From Phoronis australis (taxonomy: Eukaryota; Animalia; Phoronida): a DNA stretch of 64,000 nucleotides. The notes beneath the pieces were generated by a model, which made no database searches, had not been told where the DNA came from, and saw nothing but the letters and a program-made list of their open reading frames with translations. The position numbers were made by a program, and so were the translations under genes. Location of the stretch: positions 317,937 through 381,936 of the forward strand of contig NMRA01000255.1 in NCBI GenBank assembly GCA_002633005.1, written 5' to 3'. Below, in pieces: positions 60,606 through 64,000 of this stretch (its first letter is position 1; each line of letters starts with the position of its first letter).

Positions 60606-61901
60606 TCGGCACTCAGTAAAAGCAGCATAGAATCGTCACTGAAGATATTGTCACTCAACAGGAAATGTTTGTATGCACTATAGATGACTTTTATTCGCCG
60701 TTATTGTAGAAATAAGAAAGTCATCCGATCTAGTTTTTGAATTCTGGCACATTTTCGTGTCTCTCATTAATGTCGGGAAGGCAAAGAATTTTAGATCACG
60801 CATCGGCGGGTATTTGTCCAGTTTATAAAACATTTTCACGCCGGTGTTGCAGCCCACAACACAACACTTTATACTTCGTTAGCATAAGAACGAACAGAGT
60901 AATGCAACCGAAAAAAACTTTTAAAAGAATCAGACAACAACAAATAAGCTGTCATTAACAATTGGTAAGCTATCACAGAGCCTCAGTTATATTTCTATGC
61001 GTCCATGACGTGAGGCGAGCACCTAAAATTAGGCAATGGGTTTTCCCAACGTTTTTTTTTTGCCCATGACTCAGTGCTTTCACTGTATTGAGCGCGGGCT
61101 GATGAAATCCCCAGTATCACTAACCGTAATATCTCTGGGCCGGGATGGCGGTCAGGTCAGACTGACGCTAGACATTTCCTACCAAAGTTACTTCATGTGA
61201 CTGTAACGCAAGGTTGAGGATTTGAACCAATTCTCTCACTACAGCTATCGGGTGTCGGACAAAAAAAGCCGCTGATTTAGATTTCTCTTTAACTTTTTAC
61301 AAGTTTAGCCGCTAGGGGCGCTGCGGCCTTGTCGACCATTTTCGATTTGTTGTGATCGTAACGAATGTTATGAGGTGTTCAGGAAAGTTCTCGAATCTCT
61401 AGTGAGTACGAGCTCACAAACGTCTTCTGTTTTGCTTACGTGTAGTTAGAAATATCAAACACGTTGTAATATTGGTGGTGACTCAGTTTAAAAATAGGAG
61501 ATATCGAAATGCCTTGTGGATGCCCCGTATGATGAAAGTTCTCGGCCGCTTGCACTGCGGTGAGGTTGCGCTGCAGTAGGCTTACGAGTGATGAGTAGGA
61601 TTACGGATAAACTAGACAATAACGTCGAGGACAACTGATTCGCAGGACGAGTTGCAGCTGTAAGCAAAACCGATCTTTTCTTTCAATTCGTTTTTTCTTC
61701 GAAGACATCGGGTAATTTGTGCCTCTGCACATTGACGATGTCATTGTGCACAGGCACTGGCCACAGCTACACATGCAAAGCAAACTGGCCATGCATGTGA
61801 ACAGTGTTGACTCAACCCAGCAACACCAAATAGACTAAGACGTGTGGCATCGCGCTTCTGTGTTATTCTGTTGCTGACAAATTTCAGGGCAACATTTCAA
61901 A

Positions 61902-63761
61902 ATGCTGAACAACTACATATTTTCAAATTTACGGTGTCCAAGGATTCCACCTCCTAGAGGAATAGAATCGTCCATGCAGCTTGCAGAAATTGGCCTCGCC
62001 TTGGAAGAAATTGACGATTCTGATGTCTCTGCTTATAGCAGCATTGCCAGTGAATCGGCATCTCATGACCACAATGCTGGAGGGTTATTGACTATTCCAA
62101 GCAAACATGTGCCAACCCATTTGTTAATGGTGTCACTGTTGGAGCATGTGTGTTCTATCTATGAACCTGATCCGAAAATGAAAGATGAACTGTTTAAGGA
62201 GATCTGCAGTCGCCTTGCCCAGTTAAAGGTTATGTCTCCTTTATGTTTTGTTGATGAGCTTGAAACTATCCGTGACAACTACAAAAAGAGATTCTCTGGC
62301 TTGCTTGACTCTGCCAGAATCTCTGTTTATGAAAACAATAAAAAGCATGGCTTGATGTCATTAGTATCCCGCAAGGAAAGGTTAGCAATAATGTTTCAAC
62401 CGCACATAAACCATAAGGAACCACGTATCAAAATGGGGGACATATTTGATGCCGATGCCTCTCGGTACCGGCAAGAGTTTGGCGAGCTCAAGTGTTTAGG
62501 TCGTGGTGGTTTCGGAAGTGTGTACAAGGTACGCCATAAACTAGATGGCTGCCTATATGCTGTGAAGAAGATTCCACTTCCTAGAGCTGACCCTGAGATC
62601 TTGCTGAGACTATTACGTGAAGTGCGTGTACTTGCTAATCTCCACCACAGTAATGTCGTTGGGTATAATGCTGCCTGGCTTCAGCAGGAATACATTGTGC
62701 CGGCTAGAGTTCGTCCAGTTGACGATGAAAACGTCACTTCTCGTACTAATGAGGCTGAAGACAGTGATGTAGTCTTCCAAAACTCAGGGATGGGCAGCAA
62801 TTCCCGAATGTCTGGAAAAAGCTCAGCAGATGAGAGGCACAATTCTCTCAAACTACATTCTGTAGACCGAGTTTGCAGTCATGGTGATGTGCAGTTTGAT
62901 TCCCATAGAAACGGGCATGCTAAGGGGAAGACATCAGGACAGACAAGCATGAGTTGTGGTCAGGCTGAAGCATGTGGCCAACACAGTGCCGCCTCCTATG
63001 GGTATACTGGTGACTTACTCCACAATTCCAAAACAATGCTGTACATTCAAATGCAGTTATGTTCTTCAACATTGAAAGATTGGATTCACCATCGTAATGC
63101 TCACTGTGACAGGAATAAGGTATTTGATTGTGTAAATGAAGTACTTGCATTGCAAGCACTAAAGCAAATACTATGTGGTGTAGACTACATTCATAACCAA
63201 GGCTTAATTCATCGAGACATTAAGCCACGGAATATATTCTACGATGATGAGTTCACTATCAAAATTGGTGACTTCGGTCTGGCCAGGGACGATTTAGCTG
63301 GCATTAATCATGTGAGTGTCTCTCCAATAGTAAACGTTCTGGATGTACTGAATGTGGAAGATTACACCACGGGTGTGGGGACCAGTATATATGGTGCTCC
63401 AGAACAATTGTGTGGTCACAGCTATGACACAAAATGTGACATGTTCAGCGTCGGCATAACGGCATTTGAGCTTTTTCATCCATTCCTAACGGAAATGGAG
63501 AGGGCTAAGACACTGACAGAGCTACGTTCAGGTGTTGTACCGAAAGAGTTCCAGATGCGATGGCCGGCGATATCGAACGCTATCGTTGCGATGGTGAGCA
63601 CTGACCCTCGCCGGAGGCCGTCAGCCAAAGAACTGTTGGAGAGCGAGATATTCCTCACAAAGGATGAGCTGATTGCTAAACTCAGCTCAACTGTTGCAGT
63701 TCAGGCCAGAGAAATAGCTCAGCTGAAAAGTTACATCATGAAGCTGGAATATAAAAAGTGA
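61902..63761 (+). CDS. EIF2AK1: eIF2-alpha kinase, HRI type, single coding exon, 619 aa
   Basis: HRI N-terminal domain (PTHLLMVSLLEHVC...EPDP...LFKEIC). Split kinase domain with SRYRQEF, GRGGFGSV, YAVKKI, REV, a long kinase insert, LYIQMQLC, HRDIKPRNIF, DFG and GVGTSIYGAPEQ. C-terminal coiled coil. Confidence 0.9.
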   Translation: MLNNYIFSNLRCPRIPPPRGIESSMQLAEIGLALEEIDDSDVSAYSSIASESASHDHNAGGLLTIPSKHVPTHLLMVSLLEHVCSIYEPDPKMKDELFKEICSRLAQLKVMSPLCFVDELETIRDNYKKRFSGLLDSARISVYENNKKHGLMSLVSRKERLAIMFQPHINHKEPRIKMGDIFDADASRYRQEFGELKCLGRGGFGSVYKVRHKLDGCLYAVKKIPLPRADPEILLRLLREVRVLANLHHSNVVGYNAAWLQQEYIVPARVRPVDDENVTSRTNEAEDSDVVFQNSGMGSNSRMSGKSSADERHNSLKLHSVDRVCSHGDVQFDSHRNGHAKGKTSGQTSMSCGQAEACGQHSAASYGYTGDLLHNSKTMLYIQMQLCSSTLKDWIHHRNAHCDRNKVFDCVNEVLALQALKQILCGVDYIHNQGLIHRDIKPRNIFYDDEFTIKIGDFGLARDDLAGINHVSVSPIVNVLDVLNVEDYTTGVGTSIYGAPEQLCGHSYDTKCDMFSVGITAFELFHPFLTEMERAKTLTELRSGVVPKEFQMRWPAISNAIVAMVSTDPRRRPSAKELLESEIFLTKDELIAKLSSTVAVQAREIAQLKSYIMKLEYKK

Positions 63762-64000
63762 ATTACAGTCTCTGTTTGGGTATGGGGTAAACATTTCCTC
63801 ATGAATTTTGGTAATTTTCACTTTTTATTAATTGAGAATTGTTCTGTTTGGTTCAGGACTCACTCCTTGTTTGTTTTAGATTCTCAACTTAAAATGGTCC
63901 CCAGTTCCATTGAAGAAACGAACTTTTGATTTAGATCATTAACGATTATAAAATTAGTCTCAACTTTTTCCATTCTCAAATGAGAAAGTATTTGTGGTCT

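Overview
AT-rich, intron-containing eukaryotic DNA; gene content and transposon types suggest a bilaterian invertebrate, but I cannot name the species. Five protein-coding loci can be reconstructed by reading. (1) An intronless family-B (secretin/adhesion/Methuselah-like) 7TM GPCR on the minus strand, apparently nested in a very long GMP synthase intron. (2) The last 7 coding exons of GMP synthase (+). (3) PPP1R7/Sds22, 8 exons (-). (4) ZMYND12, 8 exons (+), head-to-head with PPP1R7, start codons about 215 bp apart. (5) An intronless HRI/EIF2AK1 kinase (+). Non-coding DNA holds many non-autonomous DNA transposons with readable TIRs/TSDs (pogo-like, hAT with 5-bp TSD, Kolobok with THAP relic, TAG..CTA element with 9-bp TSD), a decayed LINE, a tRNA-derived relic, minisatellites and one assembly gap. 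The most striking observation is a Helentron/DINE-like non-autonomous element, present as two long copies plus a relic, whose ~145-160 bp internal repeats each carry a CTCF-consensus-like motif, forming same-orientation arrays of 7-8 motifs. All calls come from manual reading; no database search was run.
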